Below, in pieces: positions 15,492 through 25,720 of a DNA stretch of 64,000 bases. The DNA is taken from IMG/VR virus record IMGVR_UViG_3300042898_002521, positions 1 to 64,000 of that record; one strand, given 5' to 3'. The notes under the pieces were generated by a model that did not search any database, had not been told where the DNA came from, and worked only from the letters and a program-made list of their open reading frames with translations. A program made the position numbers and the translations under genes. How positions within the stretch are numbered: the stretch's first letter is position 1; the number at the start of each line of letters is the position of its first letter. The stretch is from a virus.

Positions 15492-15618
15492 TATAAAATA
15501 GACCAGGAACTGCCACCTCTCTCCTAATCGGGAACGGGTGGCTTTTTCTTGTTTAATAATTAGCTTATGTTCTTCGTACCCCTCAGGCGCAGCTGGAAGG
15601 GGAGACTTGGCATAAGAA

Positions 15619-15646
15619 AAGCCCCCTAGTTTTGACTAGGGGGCTT
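15619..15646. terminator. bidirectional terminator at convergence of the two gene blocks
   Basis: AAGCCCCCTAGT-TTT-GACTAGGGGGCTT flanked by A/T-rich runs. Confidence 0.75.
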
Positions 15647-15660
15647 ATTCTATTTAATTA

Positions 15661-17679
15661 TTACTTTGGTATTTCGCAGAAGTCCGTACTGCAGTATTTC
15701 TCACCGATAGCGTCGGCTGCCATACCTGCATAGACATCTGTGAAGTCAATGGGTAGCAGTTTCATTTTATAAGCTTCATACTGTTCGGCAGTTATCTGTG
15801 TATACGGCATTTGCGGGTAAGTCTTGTTCCCCATTGGTAAGAAGGAAACAGTTTTGAGTTGCCCGTCAAAGAGGTGTAGGACTGTACCAACATCTTTAGT
15901 TTCCGTGTCCTTATTAAAGGATACAGTAACCGAGACCGAGTTGTCTGACCAATGGCGTTGAGCTACCGAAGCGAGAGACATTTTTTCATAGATTGAAACA
16001 TCTTTTTCACTACGAGAAGCGTCTGATTCCACAGGAAAGAAAACTACGCTGGTAGTCTTTGGAGACTCACTAGCAGGTTCAACCGTGTAACCAGAGAACT
16101 CAAAGAGAGGTAACATTGGGTCATCATTAGCAAATCGGATAGCTCGCAAGAAATGCTTACCACCTGGAGTCCAATGCACACCTGGGCTTTCTCCAGCTAG
16201 AATAGACACAGTTCCGCTTGGCTTAACGGTAGTAGTCTTGATTGACTCACGAATACCCAACCATTCCGAGTACATCTTGTCGTACTTCAGCACTGTGTCG
16301 TACCCAGAGTCCATCCAAGTACGCAAAGTTGGAAGCCCGTTCTTATCAGCAAAGTTAGCAATACCTGACATTGAAGTACCAATACGGCGATTGCGTTGCA
16401 TAATAGCGTTGGTTTCTTCCCAATGGGTAGGTAGAAGTGTAACCGTCTTGGCATATAGGTATGCAAACTTCAGGCTTCTTAAGTAGTCTGCCATATCGTC
16501 GTGACGGTTAAGGTAAGTCTCGACTAGAGTACAGCACTCAAACGATTCTAGGCTCTGCTCTGCACAAGGGTTGTAACCAGCCGCTCGCCAATCTTTGTTG
16601 TTAGGTGGGTCAATCAAACGACCGTACTTGCGGGTCACATCCATCCAAATAACACCAGGCTCACCATTCAAAGCAATACCATCAATGATATTGGATAGGT
16701 CGTCACCAACCGAGATGCCAACAGAGTTATTAGACATCCAACCCCAACCTGGAGCTTTCTTGTCATAGCTATTACGCTCTGGAAAACGCTCACTATTTTT
16801 TAGATTAAGGAAGTCATCATCATCCAAGCGACCCATCAGTAGCTCAGCTGAACGGCGCACGTTACCTGACACTACGCATACTCCAATAAGGTTACCCAAA
16901 TCGGCAATGTCCACTCTAGTTAATAGTGTGCCTTCTCTATCTTTAAAGATTCGGGTAATGTGGTCGTGGAGCATCTTCAGAGGTTCAGGGCCCGCTGCCG
17001 TTCCACCAAACGTTCTAATAGGTTCTCCCGCTTTACGGATTTCACTATAATCAAAACTAATGCAGTTTTGGTCGTGGCGCAGGTATGAGTTGATGAGCGC
17101 TGTGGTAGATTCAACCCACCCCTCACGGGTATCGGGGATTACATACTCGGTACAGGTTTGTGTTGGCGCGTAAATGGTGAACTCTTTGTCTGCACCTTTG
17201 TCATCAAAACCCACACCTACACCTAGCATTGAGGCTTCCATTAGGAACGCAAATGGCTTGGCGGGGTTAAACTTGGTCATTGACTCGGTAGATACAAATG
17301 AGCAGTTTTGGAGGGCTGCGCTATTCTTTTGCACAGTAACGATAGGTGTACCCATTACCCATAGCCCACGGCCTGGCGGAGTCCACTTGAGTTCGAACAG
17401 GCGTTCGAAAGCCTCTTTAGCCGAGGCCTGTGCCTTGTTCTCATTCCACGGCAGACGGTTGGTCTTGCAGTGGTCTTTTTGGATTGAGTACATACCCTCA
17501 ATAACGCGACGGCATACTTCTACCCAAGTCTCTTTAGTGCCATCTTCTTTCTTTCTAGAATAGGTTCGTAGAAACGTGATTTCCCCGACCGCGTTTCCAC
17601 CTGCGTCTTGGTAACCCCAGGGAACTTTTTTACCTTCATACGACGAGATGAACTCGTCAGTCAATTTAAATGACAACAT
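15661..17679 (-). CDS. nrdJ: class II (AdoCbl-dependent) ribonucleotide reductase, monomeric RTPR type
   Basis: RTYSR, PPGRGLW, GNVRRSA, NPCAEQ, TTVKPSGT, C-terminal CxxxxC. Confidence 0.92.
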   Translation of the reverse strand: MLSFKLTDEFISSYEGKKVPWGYQDAGGNAVGEITFLRTYSRKKEDGTKETWVEVCRRVIEGMYSIQKDHCKTNRLPWNENKAQASAKEAFERLFELKWTPPGRGLWVMGTPIVTVQKNSAALQNCSFVSTESMTKFNPAKPFAFLMEASMLGVGVGFDDKGADKEFTIYAPTQTCTEYVIPDTREGWVESTTALINSYLRHDQNCISFDYSEIRKAGEPIRTFGGTAAGPEPLKMLHDHITRIFKDREGTLLTRVDIADLGNLIGVCVVSGNVRRSAELLMGRLDDDDFLNLKNSERFPERNSYDKKAPGWGWMSNNSVGISVGDDLSNIIDGIALNGEPGVIWMDVTRKYGRLIDPPNNKDWRAAGYNPCAEQSLESFECCTLVETYLNRHDDMADYLRSLKFAYLYAKTVTLLPTHWEETNAIMQRNRRIGTSMSGIANFADKNGLPTLRTWMDSGYDTVLKYDKMYSEWLGIRESIKTTTVKPSGTVSILAGESPGVHWTPGGKHFLRAIRFANDDPMLPLFEFSGYTVEPASESPKTTSVVFFPVESDASRSEKDVSIYEKMSLASVAQRHWSDNSVSVTVSFNKDTETKDVGTVLHLFDGQLKTVSFLPMGNKTYPQMPYTQITAEQYEAYKMKLLPIDFTDVYAGMAADAIGEKYCSTDFCEIPK

Positions 17680-17753
17680 ACCTATCCTTATTTGTGTGGG
17701 TTTTACTATAGTGCTGTTCCACAGGGGAACGGGGGGCTCTTATAATATAAGAG

Positions 17754-19250
17754 CTAGTCTTCAATTGCTCTTCGGATGACCTGTGTAGTGTCATCTTCAG
17801 ACAGTCCGTTGTTTGGCAACTGACTCAAATCGCGGGCTCTTTCACCAAATATTTGGCTTAAAACCCCGCCTCCATTCTTTGCTTCAACAGTCATCTTAAT
17901 GAATGACGAAGTGTCTTGCAAGTCCTTAGCGTTCTTTACAAGTTTAAGTAATCTGTCCATTTCTTGACCCGTGTTAGGGTCTGGATAACCGCCGTTTAAT
18001 TCCTCAGCAAACCTTGAAAAAGCTACACGCTGGGCCTGCATTTCAATGATTGCATTAAGTAACGAAACTAGTTGTTCTTTTGTTTTAACCTCTACTGGGA
18101 GGTTAAAAGCACAGGTGTTTGCGGGCTTAAACGCGGGGCAATTTGAGGCCACAAAACAGGTATCACACATACGAAGGCTGGTTGCGTTTGACCGCATAAG
18201 GGGAACATCTTTAATGACATCAAACCCGTTTTCATCCTGCTCAACAATGGTTTTGTACTCGGTTCCAAACACAGGAAGCGTAGCCATTTCGGTGCTATCC
18301 CTATGTTCAAGTTTCCGCACCTGACCCCCCTTCTTATCATGTACGGCGGGGGTAGTTTCCGCGTTTCCAGTAGTATGCAATAAGTCGCTGTTATAATATA
18401 ACTCGTCTTCTTGATTGTAGTCATCTTCTGGACTTAAAAAGGGGTTATTCACCATATTAAAGCGCTCCTCAAACTGGTCATATGACCACAAGGCAAGCTT
18501 TGCTACCTCTACTGGGTCGTCTTGTATAATTTTATCAAAGTCTAGCCCAGCTTTCTCATACACCGCTTTGTATCTTGGGCGAGCTTGATCTTTCATTTTC
18601 TTTGGGTATCTAACCAACTTGTTACCATCCCACACAATGGTCTCTCCACGCATCATAGGGGACAGCCAGGACTGAGTAGTGGCTGACTCCACCTGAATCT
18701 GGCGCAAGTTATCTGGCTTGGCACAGGCAAGGGCGTGGAACACCGTACCGTATTGATTAGTCAAGGAACGGGTCTTAGCGGCTAGGGACACGTCTGACTC
18801 AATTAAGTCGTATGGGATGGCTACGTTCTTGTACTGTTGGCACAGGTCTAAGATTTCGGCGTAAGAACTATCTGACCTGATGGTCACCCAAAACTTATCC
18901 TCTTCAGACCAGGCGGCTTGTCGCTGTAGTTGAAGATTCAACTTGTCTACTTGTGGGTGCGTTATTTCTGTAAATGATGCAATCCTATCCATATTATGGG
19001 CTAGAAAGTCCTCATAAGCCTCTGCAAACTCCTCCAACTCAGCTGCCGTTAGCACTGTTGCCTCTGGAATGCCAGGATGAACGTGTATTTCCATGTAGGG
19101 TTGAAAGTAGTTTTCTAGTAAATACCGTTTGCTTTTAGGTAATCCACGGCGGGTTAGTCTCCAAAAGGACACGCCAACGCGTTTAATCCCCATGGTTTCT
19201 AGAATTACCCTATTACTAGGTACATCCGCTCCTAAATAAATTAGGTGCAC
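17754..19250 (-). CDS. hypothetical protein; possible TGT-like barrel plus Cys-rich C-terminal domain
   Basis: FHALAC...ESATTQSW resembles the H-x-LG..S-x-DS-x-SW pattern; CDTC..CPAF..C. Confidence 0.6.
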   Translation of the reverse strand: MHLIYLGADVPSNRVILETMGIKRVGVSFWRLTRRGLPKSKRYLLENYFQPYMEIHVHPGIPEATVLTAAELEEFAEAYEDFLAHNMDRIASFTEITHPQVDKLNLQLQRQAAWSEEDKFWVTIRSDSSYAEILDLCQQYKNVAIPYDLIESDVSLAAKTRSLTNQYGTVFHALACAKPDNLRQIQVESATTQSWLSPMMRGETIVWDGNKLVRYPKKMKDQARPRYKAVYEKAGLDFDKIIQDDPVEVAKLALWSYDQFEERFNMVNNPFLSPEDDYNQEDELYYNSDLLHTTGNAETTPAVHDKKGGQVRKLEHRDSTEMATLPVFGTEYKTIVEQDENGFDVIKDVPLMRSNATSLRMCDTCFVASNCPAFKPANTCAFNLPVEVKTKEQLVSLLNAIIEMQAQRVAFSRFAEELNGGYPDPNTGQEMDRLLKLVKNAKDLQDTSSFIKMTVEAKNGGGVLSQIFGERARDLSQLPNNGLSEDDTTQVIRRAIED

Positions 19251-19717
19251 TACTTTTCCTCAAGTCTGGCATCGTCATCATATAACCCTTGCTGACGGTC
19301 TAACTCCTCGTTAATGGCATCCCAGCTTTTTTTGCCTTCACGCCCATCTGGGCGGAACTCCAGCCTAGTATATCTTGGATTAAGGAACACTAAAACGGGA
19401 ATACCTATTTCAATTAACTGGGTAGCTAGTTCAGTGTCCTCTGTGACAACGTAATCAATTTTGCCTTTACTGCGTATGGTTTCAATAGTGAGTAAACGAG
19501 GGCGTTCTAGAGGGGTATCAACCACTGCTATAATGTCGTCTAATTTTTTAGCCAAATTGTTAGTCTTTAACCAAACGTCTGTTCGTTCTGCGTCATCGCA
19601 CACCAAAATAACCCTGTTAGTTTCATTAAGGGACTTATATAGGGCTACACCTTCCATAATAATGGACTGGTCACGCACTCGGCGCATTACCCCATCAACA
19701 AAAATTACGACTGACAT
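19250..19717 (-). CDS. HAD-like hypothetical protein
   Basis: VIFVDGVMR degenerate motif I. Confidence 0.55.
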   Translation of the reverse strand: MSVVIFVDGVMRRVRDQSIIMEGVALYKSLNETNRVILVCDDAERTDVWLKTNNLAKKLDDIIAVVDTPLERPRLLTIETIRSKGKIDYVVTEDTELATQLIEIGIPVLVFLNPRYTRLEFRPDGREGKKSWDAINEELDRQQGLYDDDARLEEK

Positions 19718-19823
19718 TTAGAGCACGCACGTTTTCCAGAATGGTACGTTACGTCTACACGTAGTTCGTGGCACACGTCGCATAATTGCCAGATTTCCTC
19801 GTACTCTTCTTCAAATGTACCTG

Positions 19824-20540
19824 TCATTTTAGCTGGTCCAATCCAGTTCCAGGCTCGTTCATAGACGCCCAAGACTTGTAGTGCGCTTCATCTAGCCACA
19901 TAGGCTTATGATGTTGCAGTACAGCCCCCGTGTGTGCGTGCATTGGTATTCCAAGTGAGGTAAGCTTTGAACAAAACATCAAGTCTTCGGATAACCATTT
20001 ACCGTCACCAATAGGGCCGTCTTGGAACCAGCACCAATCTTTTAGACCATCGTCTACAGAGTCACGCAGTTTCTGCAAGGCTGAACGGTGCATCAATAAT
20101 GCTCCAGTACCTGCTGCATGGATTTGTACCACTTGATTTTCTGGGTAGTTGTCCCACGGCTGTAATCCATTTTCTTCGTCTAATGTAAAAATTAAAGGCA
20201 CTGGTCGTAACGAAGGGCCTTCCCAAAGGGCTGCAAAGTATAGCCCAGCCATTATTGGGCGCTCGACTTGATCTGCAGTAGCGGATAACAAGTTGAAAGT
20301 GTCTGGGGAAATACGCTCATCAGAATCTAGCATTAATAACCAGTCATCTGTTGTTTTATCTAAAAAATGCTTAACCATAATGTTGCGGCTCTTAGCCAGC
20401 AGCCCTAAGCCCTCTACACAGAAAAATGTACCTACGCGTTTAGGATTTTCGCGGATAATCTGCATAATGCTTAATGCAAATTCAGTGTCTACTTCACCTG
20501 CGTGGCACCAACCAATGGCTACGGTATCTTTTGCTTTCAT
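19824..20540 (-). CDS. glycosyltransferase (GT-A / family 2-like)
   Basis: SRN..V..FL, LMLDSD (DxD), GTGALLMHR, SEDLMFC. Confidence 0.8.
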   Translation of the reverse strand: MKAKDTVAIGWCHAGEVDTEFALSIMQIIRENPKRVGTFFCVEGLGLLAKSRNIMVKHFLDKTTDDWLLMLDSDERISPDTFNLLSATADQVERPIMAGLYFAALWEGPSLRPVPLIFTLDEENGLQPWDNYPENQVVQIHAAGTGALLMHRSALQKLRDSVDDGLKDWCWFQDGPIGDGKWLSEDLMFCSKLTSLGIPMHAHTGAVLQHHKPMWLDEAHYKSWASMNEPGTGLDQLK

Positions 20541-20585
20541 TTAATTCTCCATTTAGTAGAAATCTTGCGTTTACACTATCACAGT

Positions 20586-20978
20586 TTAAGGAATCCACAA
20601 TTTAAATTCGCGGGTAATAATCACCATGTCTTTTGCACCTGCGTGGTACACCTCAAGGCCTACGGGTTGACCCTTGTTGGCTTTAAAAAACCAAGTACCC
20701 GAATGTATGTTATCTAAAGTTAAATCAAGCATGCGCTGCCCAGTAAAATCTGCGTCTTTAGTTCCAATGTCGCGGGTAAAACGAATCTTCATATTTTTAG
20801 CTCCGCCAAGGTCTTTTATGTTAACGTAAAACGCCCAGTTAGCATGGCCTGTGTTTTTTGGAACGATTGAGTCTTGTGCGCCAAAGTCTAGTTGTGTCCA
20901 TACTTTTGGGCGAATTGTTTGCGGAGATGGCTTGATCTTTGGGTCTCCAGCTTTCCAGGATACATATTCAATAGTCAT
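20586..20978 (-). CDS. hypothetical beta-rich protein
   Basis: ORF track. Confidence 0.7.
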   Translation of the reverse strand: MTIEYVSWKAGDPKIKPSPQTIRPKVWTQLDFGAQDSIVPKNTGHANWAFYVNIKDLGGAKNMKIRFTRDIGTKDADFTGQRMLDLTLDNIHSGTWFFKANKGQPVGLEVYHAGAKDMVIITREFKLWIP

Positions 20979-20979
20979 T

Positions 20980-21906
20980 TTATTTCCTCATTGTTCGTGA
21001 TAGTAGTGTACTTGTATCTGGTAATTCTATACCATAAGTCTCTTTTGAAAACCGCTCGCTGGCTTCTTTAGACATTGCATGTATTTTTCTTAATGCTGGA
21101 ACCACACCACTTTGCTTTCCCGCTTGCCAACGGTAGTTTGCAAAATCTGCATAGCCTGCACCCGTAGGGCTAAAAGCTCCACTTCGTGAGGTGTGAATGT
21201 CTTCAAACATTGCGGCTCCCTGTTGCACCGATACAGCCAAAGCCGCCTCTGCATTTATACGCATTGCATCATTAGCCGCGTTCTTGATTTGATCTAACGC
21301 TGTTGAATATCTTTTAACAAGTTCAACGGCTTTGACTTTATCACGCTCAACCGCAGTCATCCATTCAGGGTTAGATGGCGGTTCTAGTTTTGTTGGTGGA
21401 ACTACCCAAGTGTTATTTGTAACTGAATACGCTGCGTAGGGTTTTAGCTCTGTAATGTTTGGATTAGGGTTTACATAAAAAGTAAGCTCAAAGTCATTCA
21501 TAAAATTATCTGTACGGGGATGCAATTCGTTTCTAAACCCCTGGTTAATCTCAGCTGCAATTTCTCTATCCGACCAGCCCTTGTACTCTTGATTAGACTG
21601 GCGAAATTGAATGTAATCTACACTAACTAAGCAATCTAAGTCTGCTGGGGCTCTGTGGGCTTGCCAGTTAAACGACACCCCAGAACCAGCTAAAAATACC
21701 TGTACCCAGGACATAGGTTCGTTATACCCAAGTTCTAAATGGTTTTTAAGTAAAACTAAAACAGCGTTACGCACATTAGGAATTAGGGTAGCCCCACGAA
21801 ATAACCTTGAGTCTAAATGACCAGCAGATTCACTAAAGTAAGAGGTTTCGCTTGGTTCAAACTCTACGGATTCCGCTTGTTTAGCTAGCGTTTCGTAGTA
21901 ATTCAT
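20980..21906 (-). CDS. Pol-beta superfamily nucleotidyltransferase
   Basis: LAGSGVS...ADLDCLV (GS..DxD) motif. Confidence 0.65.
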   Translation of the reverse strand: MNYYETLAKQAESVEFEPSETSYFSESAGHLDSRLFRGATLIPNVRNAVLVLLKNHLELGYNEPMSWVQVFLAGSGVSFNWQAHRAPADLDCLVSVDYIQFRQSNQEYKGWSDREIAAEINQGFRNELHPRTDNFMNDFELTFYVNPNPNITELKPYAAYSVTNNTWVVPPTKLEPPSNPEWMTAVERDKVKAVELVKRYSTALDQIKNAANDAMRINAEAALAVSVQQGAAMFEDIHTSRSGAFSPTGAGYADFANYRWQAGKQSGVVPALRKIHAMSKEASERFSKETYGIELPDTSTLLSRTMRK

Positions 21907-22133
21907 TATTTTTCCTGGTCTATGTTAAACGGTTTGGTTGGGGTTTCACGTTGCTCAAGTAAAGGACTAACTAAACCACACTCAATGTGTGCATTAGTAA
22001 ATCTGTTTACAAGTAACCAACCTGCGTCTTCTCTATTTTTTTCCAGGTCTACACTAATTGAAGCCATGCACGAGCACACCAATTCGACGAACATGGTAGC
22101 ACCACCCCTGCTGATAGGATTTTGTAATCCCAT
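21906..22133 (-). CDS. hypothetical protein
   Basis: ORF track; coupled. Confidence 0.55.
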   Translation of the reverse strand: MGLQNPISRGGATMFVELVCSCMASISVDLEKNREDAGWLLVNRFTNAHIECGLVSPLLEQRETPTKPFNIDQEK

Positions 22134-22148
22134 TCTACCCCCTCAAGG

Positions 22149-22691
22149 CTACTTATACAGCCCCTTCTCGGCGTTAGACTTTTGCATATTAAAGGATTTT
22201 ACGGGGCAGAAGTCACATAAATAGACTTTAGGGCCAGTTTTGCCTGCTTTTTCAAGGCCAGCCTCTTTACGGTCGGCATCTGTGTCAGGCTTAAGCAATT
22301 TCTTATCCGACTTGTAGTCTGGACACTGGCCTTTAGGGCGCATATGGTCTGAATAGCAGGACATGGCGTCCTCAGCAAACTGGTTTTTAGTCTCGTAAAA
22401 CTTAGTTTGAAATACGTCTAAACCTTCAGAGCCGCCACGAATCTGTTTAATGATTTCTTCTTGGATTTTAGGTACTGCCCAGTACTTAAACGGGAACTTC
22501 ATAAGCAAACCAATATGCTCTACAGGTTTTTGGTGCTTAGATACCAATATATTTAATAACGTGTCAGTAGCTGGATCGCCATCGTAGTCTGGCATTTCCT
22601 CAATTGTTTTACAATTACGACATACCAGTACACGAATCATAGGTTCGTCTTTGCTGGCTGGGCTTAGGTCTTTTGCTCCGTTAAAATCCAT
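22149..22691 (-). CDS. hypothetical protein with CxxC pairs
   Basis: ORF track; leaderless TGTGGTAAAAT-N6-ATG. Confidence 0.75.
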   Translation of the reverse strand: MDFNGAKDLSPASKDEPMIRVLVCRNCKTIEEMPDYDGDPATDTLLNILVSKHQKPVEHIGLLMKFPFKYWAVPKIQEEIIKQIRGGSEGLDVFQTKFYETKNQFAEDAMSCYSDHMRPKGQCPDYKSDKKLLKPDTDADRKEAGLEKAGKTGPKVYLCDFCPVKSFNMQKSNAEKGLYK

Positions 22692-22717
22692 GACCCAATT
22701 TTACCACAAAAGGTTAA

Positions 22718-23389
22718 TTATCCTCGGGCACGTCGAACCATAAATTGCTCAGCAATGTCTTGTTGTCCTGAGGAAGTAAGGGAACTAGCTACAGGGGTAC
22801 AAGTAGCACATAGCGTGTCATCACGAGTAGGCTCTTCAAATGTTGTGTTGGTATTACGTCCTACTAATTGCTGACGAGGAGGTTTTCCTGGGCCACCATA
22901 TACTGGAACATACCTAGGTTTGTTTTCTTTAGGGGTTGCTGCTTCTATATCTGGTATAGCAGAATCACAATTAGTGCAAAATCCGCCAACACCACTCTTT
23001 GCTTCAATATCGCTAGAGGCACCACGTTTAGCTACGCTACTCCAATAAGCAGCTGCATTTCCAGACTCTGCGGCACGGCGTTGTTCGTACATTCCTGCTG
23101 GTCGTCCCATAGCATTTCTTTGACCTGTAAGCGTACGGTTTGGCTCTGGGTCTACACGGTTTGCGCTTGTTGATTTAAATAGTCGCCCAGCTTCTGGGTC
23201 TTCCGAACCTATTTCTCCAGCAAATCTTTCGTTTTTTGCAGACCTGTAACGTTGCTGATCATCAGTAGATTCAACTTTACTAGGGCCACGTCTAATAACG
23301 GGACGCGTAGTTGGAATTTCAATTCGGTTGTAGGGACCTTCTATGTCACGACCAAAAAGAAGTTTTTTTGGCTTAGCTGCTTCTTCCAT
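22718..23389 (-). CDS. hypothetical protein (two CxxC)
   Basis: ORF track. Confidence 0.65.
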   Translation of the reverse strand: MEEAAKPKKLLFGRDIEGPYNRIEIPTTRPVIRRGPSKVESTDDQQRYRSAKNERFAGEIGSEDPEAGRLFKSTSANRVDPEPNRTLTGQRNAMGRPAGMYEQRRAAESGNAAAYWSSVAKRGASSDIEAKSGVGGFCTNCDSAIPDIEAATPKENKPRYVPVYGGPGKPPRQQLVGRNTNTTFEEPTRDDTLCATCTPVASSLTSSGQQDIAEQFMVRRARG

Positions 23390-23391
23390 AA

Positions 23392-23808
23392 TTAATGCCT
23401 ATCGTATCTATTTTCTTCAGGAATGTCTTCGCCTTTATAAGATTTGCCGTGTTTTCCACCCATAGCTGAAAATTCTGGGTAGTAACGATTCTTGCCTTCT
23501 ATAGGTTTTAATGGCATATTTACAGGTTCGTCATATTTACCGCCACGAGTAGTGCGCTCAGATTTGGCATGACGTGCGTAACTAGTAGCTTCAGCTAAAC
23601 CTGCATATCCAGCTTCCCTATCAGCTATGTCTTCTCTGATGTCAGACTCATCCATTTGCATCATGTAACTGCTGGCTTGTTCATAAGCATTTGGGCGACG
23701 ACCTGGATCGCTACCACGGTCTGGTGGAGTTAGGGACTCAGCGTGTTCATCTTGCCATTCAGATGTATGGCTAAAATCGTTAGGATTGTCGTTATCTCCG
23801 CGTGACAT
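23392..23808 (-). CDS. hydrophilic protein with PPDRGSDPGRR motif
   Basis: start re-assigned to MSRGD (23808). Confidence 0.7.
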   Translation of the reverse strand: MSRGDNDNPNDFSHTSEWQDEHAESLTPPDRGSDPGRRPNAYEQASSYMMQMDESDIREDIADREAGYAGLAEATSYARHAKSERTTRGGKYDEPVNMPLKPIEGKNRYYPEFSAMGGKHGKSYKGEDIPEENRYDRH

Positions 23809-23809
23809 A

Positions 23810-24262
23810 TTAGTACCCGCCCATATTAGGACGACGTGCCTCACTATTACCGCGGTCTGGTGGAACTACGGGCGTGTCATTAACATCATAACCATCGCGA
23901 TCACGCGTTGCGTACAATGATTTTCCACCCAGTTTAGCCAAGTCGTCTCCACTTATAGGATAACCTGGAATGTCTCGTTCGGCTTCTTTTTTTGTATAGC
24001 CCTTTTTTCCATACTTTAAAATAAAATCATGCTGTTGTTCTATGTGGTCTGAGTACCGTTCTTTAACATCTTCTACACTAGAATGGGCTATAGAAGGGGT
24101 AATGGCTGGGCCAAAGTAAGGATGATAATCTTCTTGATGATCCTCTGGATTATCTAAAATAGCTACGTTTTCAGTAGGCTGTAAATTATTGTCGCGCAAA
24201 TCTTTAACATTTTCGGCAGAAACAGCCCTGTCAAAAGTTGGTTTTTTTGATTTCTTAGCCAT
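23810..24262 (-). CDS. hydrophilic protein with PPDRGNSEARR motif
   Basis: ORF track; paralog of 24265 gene (MAKKSK, P[IV]SGDD[LI]AK). Confidence 0.7.
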   Translation of the reverse strand: MAKKSKKPTFDRAVSAENVKDLRDNNLQPTENVAILDNPEDHQEDYHPYFGPAITPSIAHSSVEDVKERYSDHIEQQHDFILKYGKKGYTKKEAERDIPGYPISGDDLAKLGGKSLYATRDRDGYDVNDTPVVPPDRGNSEARRPNMGGY

Positions 24263-24264
24263 TG

Positions 24265-24708
24265 TTATACCTTTGAACGGCGTGCAGGGTCGCTGCCACG
24301 ATCTGGTGGAGCTACTACATTTGCACGAATAGCAGATTTACTAGGGGTTAACATGTTTGGGCGAATAGGATATCCGCCTTCATCTGCGTCATCATATGAC
24401 CTGTACAGAGTGGTGTACCCCTCTTCATCGTCATAATTACCCCTTCTTGGACTAGGGTCAAGTTCAGTTCGTGAGTTACGCATTTTTGCAATGTCGTCCC
24501 CACTTACGGGACCGCTAGGTGCGTCTTCAAATCTTGAGTTTACAAGACGATCAACTGGTGCTTTATACCCATTTCGAGGGTGCTGTAAAAATTTTTCTGG
24601 TTCATCTAGTACAGCTTCGTCATCAATATGCACTGCTTTACCTAAAGTATCGCGGGCCTTAGCGTGCTCTCGTGTAATAGCTTTACTAAATTTTGACTTT
24701 TTAGCCAT
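24265..24708 (-). CDS. hydrophilic protein with PPDRGSDPARR motif
   Basis: start re-assigned to MAKKSK (24708), AGGAG RBS. Confidence 0.7.
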   Translation of the reverse strand: MAKKSKFSKAITREHAKARDTLGKAVHIDDEAVLDEPEKFLQHPRNGYKAPVDRLVNSRFEDAPSGPVSGDDIAKMRNSRTELDPSPRRGNYDDEEGYTTLYRSYDDADEGGYPIRPNMLTPSKSAIRANVVAPPDRGSDPARRSKV

Positions 24709-24709
24709 A

Positions 24710-24916
24710 TTATGCTCCTGGGTTGACTTTTTGCGGTTCCTCGGAGTTAATAAAACCATAGTTCATGTAAGGATGCAAACCTGCGCGGTTAGCTACGACA
24801 GACTGGTCACCCATGCCAGCAGCGACTGTTGTATTTGGGCGACGCTTTCGGTATTTTCCATCGGTAGACCCTTCATTAAGCTCTGCATTAGGCGAGCGGC
24901 GATATGGTACGGTCAT
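24710..24916 (-). CDS. hypothetical protein
   Basis: ORF track; coupled. Confidence 0.65.
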   Translation of the reverse strand: MTVPYRRSPNAELNEGSTDGKYRKRRPNTTVAAGMGDQSVVANRAGLHPYMNYGFINSEEPQKVNPGA

Positions 24917-25149
24917 TAGGACACCATTCCGTTCTTTACGTGGTTGTAAGACTTGCGATTACTGCACCCTGCACAATATTGATTATGCAATGCACGGTAG
25001 GGGTCTAAATTTAAACCGCATTCTATACAAGGCTTACTATTATTGTAGTACGTATTCTCAAGGTTTTTCTGGGTAACTAAGGAAACATCTGTGGCTCCCG
25101 CCATACCCTCGCCTGTAGCGTCTGTCATTATTCCTGGATCAATAGCCAT
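24916..25149 (-). CDS. hypothetical zinc-binding protein
   Basis: CIEC...CAGC; begins MAIDPG. Confidence 0.65.
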   Translation of the reverse strand: MAIDPGIMTDATGEGMAGATDVSLVTQKNLENTYYNNSKPCIECGLNLDPYRALHNQYCAGCSNRKSYNHVKNGMVS

Positions 25150-25496
25150 TAGACTCCGCCTCCTAAAGTATTTCGTGAGCTTGGTTCAGCCTGGGCCGCT
25201 GGCTTAGCTGTGTCCACACGCTCGGTCATTGGAACATTCAAGTCTATCATGTCATCTATCCCGTACTCACGGGTTTCGTAACCAAATCGTGGGGGAAATA
25301 ATTGAATCTGCGGCAGGTTAGGACGAACGTACTGTTGGATGTCTTCGCTGGACATCTGAAGGGACGCCAGGGCCTGTGACAAGTTTTGCTCTTGGTTGCT
25401 AGCAAAAGGACCAATGTACGCCTGTGGAGGATACGCAGCCTCTGGTGGGGCAATCCACGGCCTATTAGAATAGACACCGCTAGTTAAATTAGGCAT
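25149..25496 (-). CDS. hypothetical protein
   Basis: ORF track; TAATG coupling. Confidence 0.7.
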   Translation of the reverse strand: MPNLTSGVYSNRPWIAPPEAAYPPQAYIGPFASNQEQNLSQALASLQMSSEDIQQYVRPNLPQIQLFPPRFGYETREYGIDDMIDLNVPMTERVDTAKPAAQAEPSSRNTLGGGV

Positions 25497-25720
25497 TATT
25501 TACCCCTTTTAAGACATGTGTCACTGTGTGTTTCTAAAGTACCGACGCAATCTCTGCAAGGCATGTCCGCAAACATACTACGGGAAACTTTATAATAAGG
25601 GTATTCTCCAACCATGTTTTCTGGTTTGGATGCTTCCGCAGCAGCTCGCATGGTGGCTCCATGTTGTTGTTCTGGGGTAAACCCCTTAGCATCAAGAAAA
25701 TCTTTTTTGTTTCTTGGCAT
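25496..25720 (-). CDS. hypothetical protein
   Basis: ORF track; TAATG coupling. Confidence 0.65.
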   Translation of the reverse strand: MPRNKKDFLDAKGFTPEQQHGATMRAAAEASKPENMVGEYPYYKVSRSMFADMPCRDCVGTLETHSDTCLKRGK

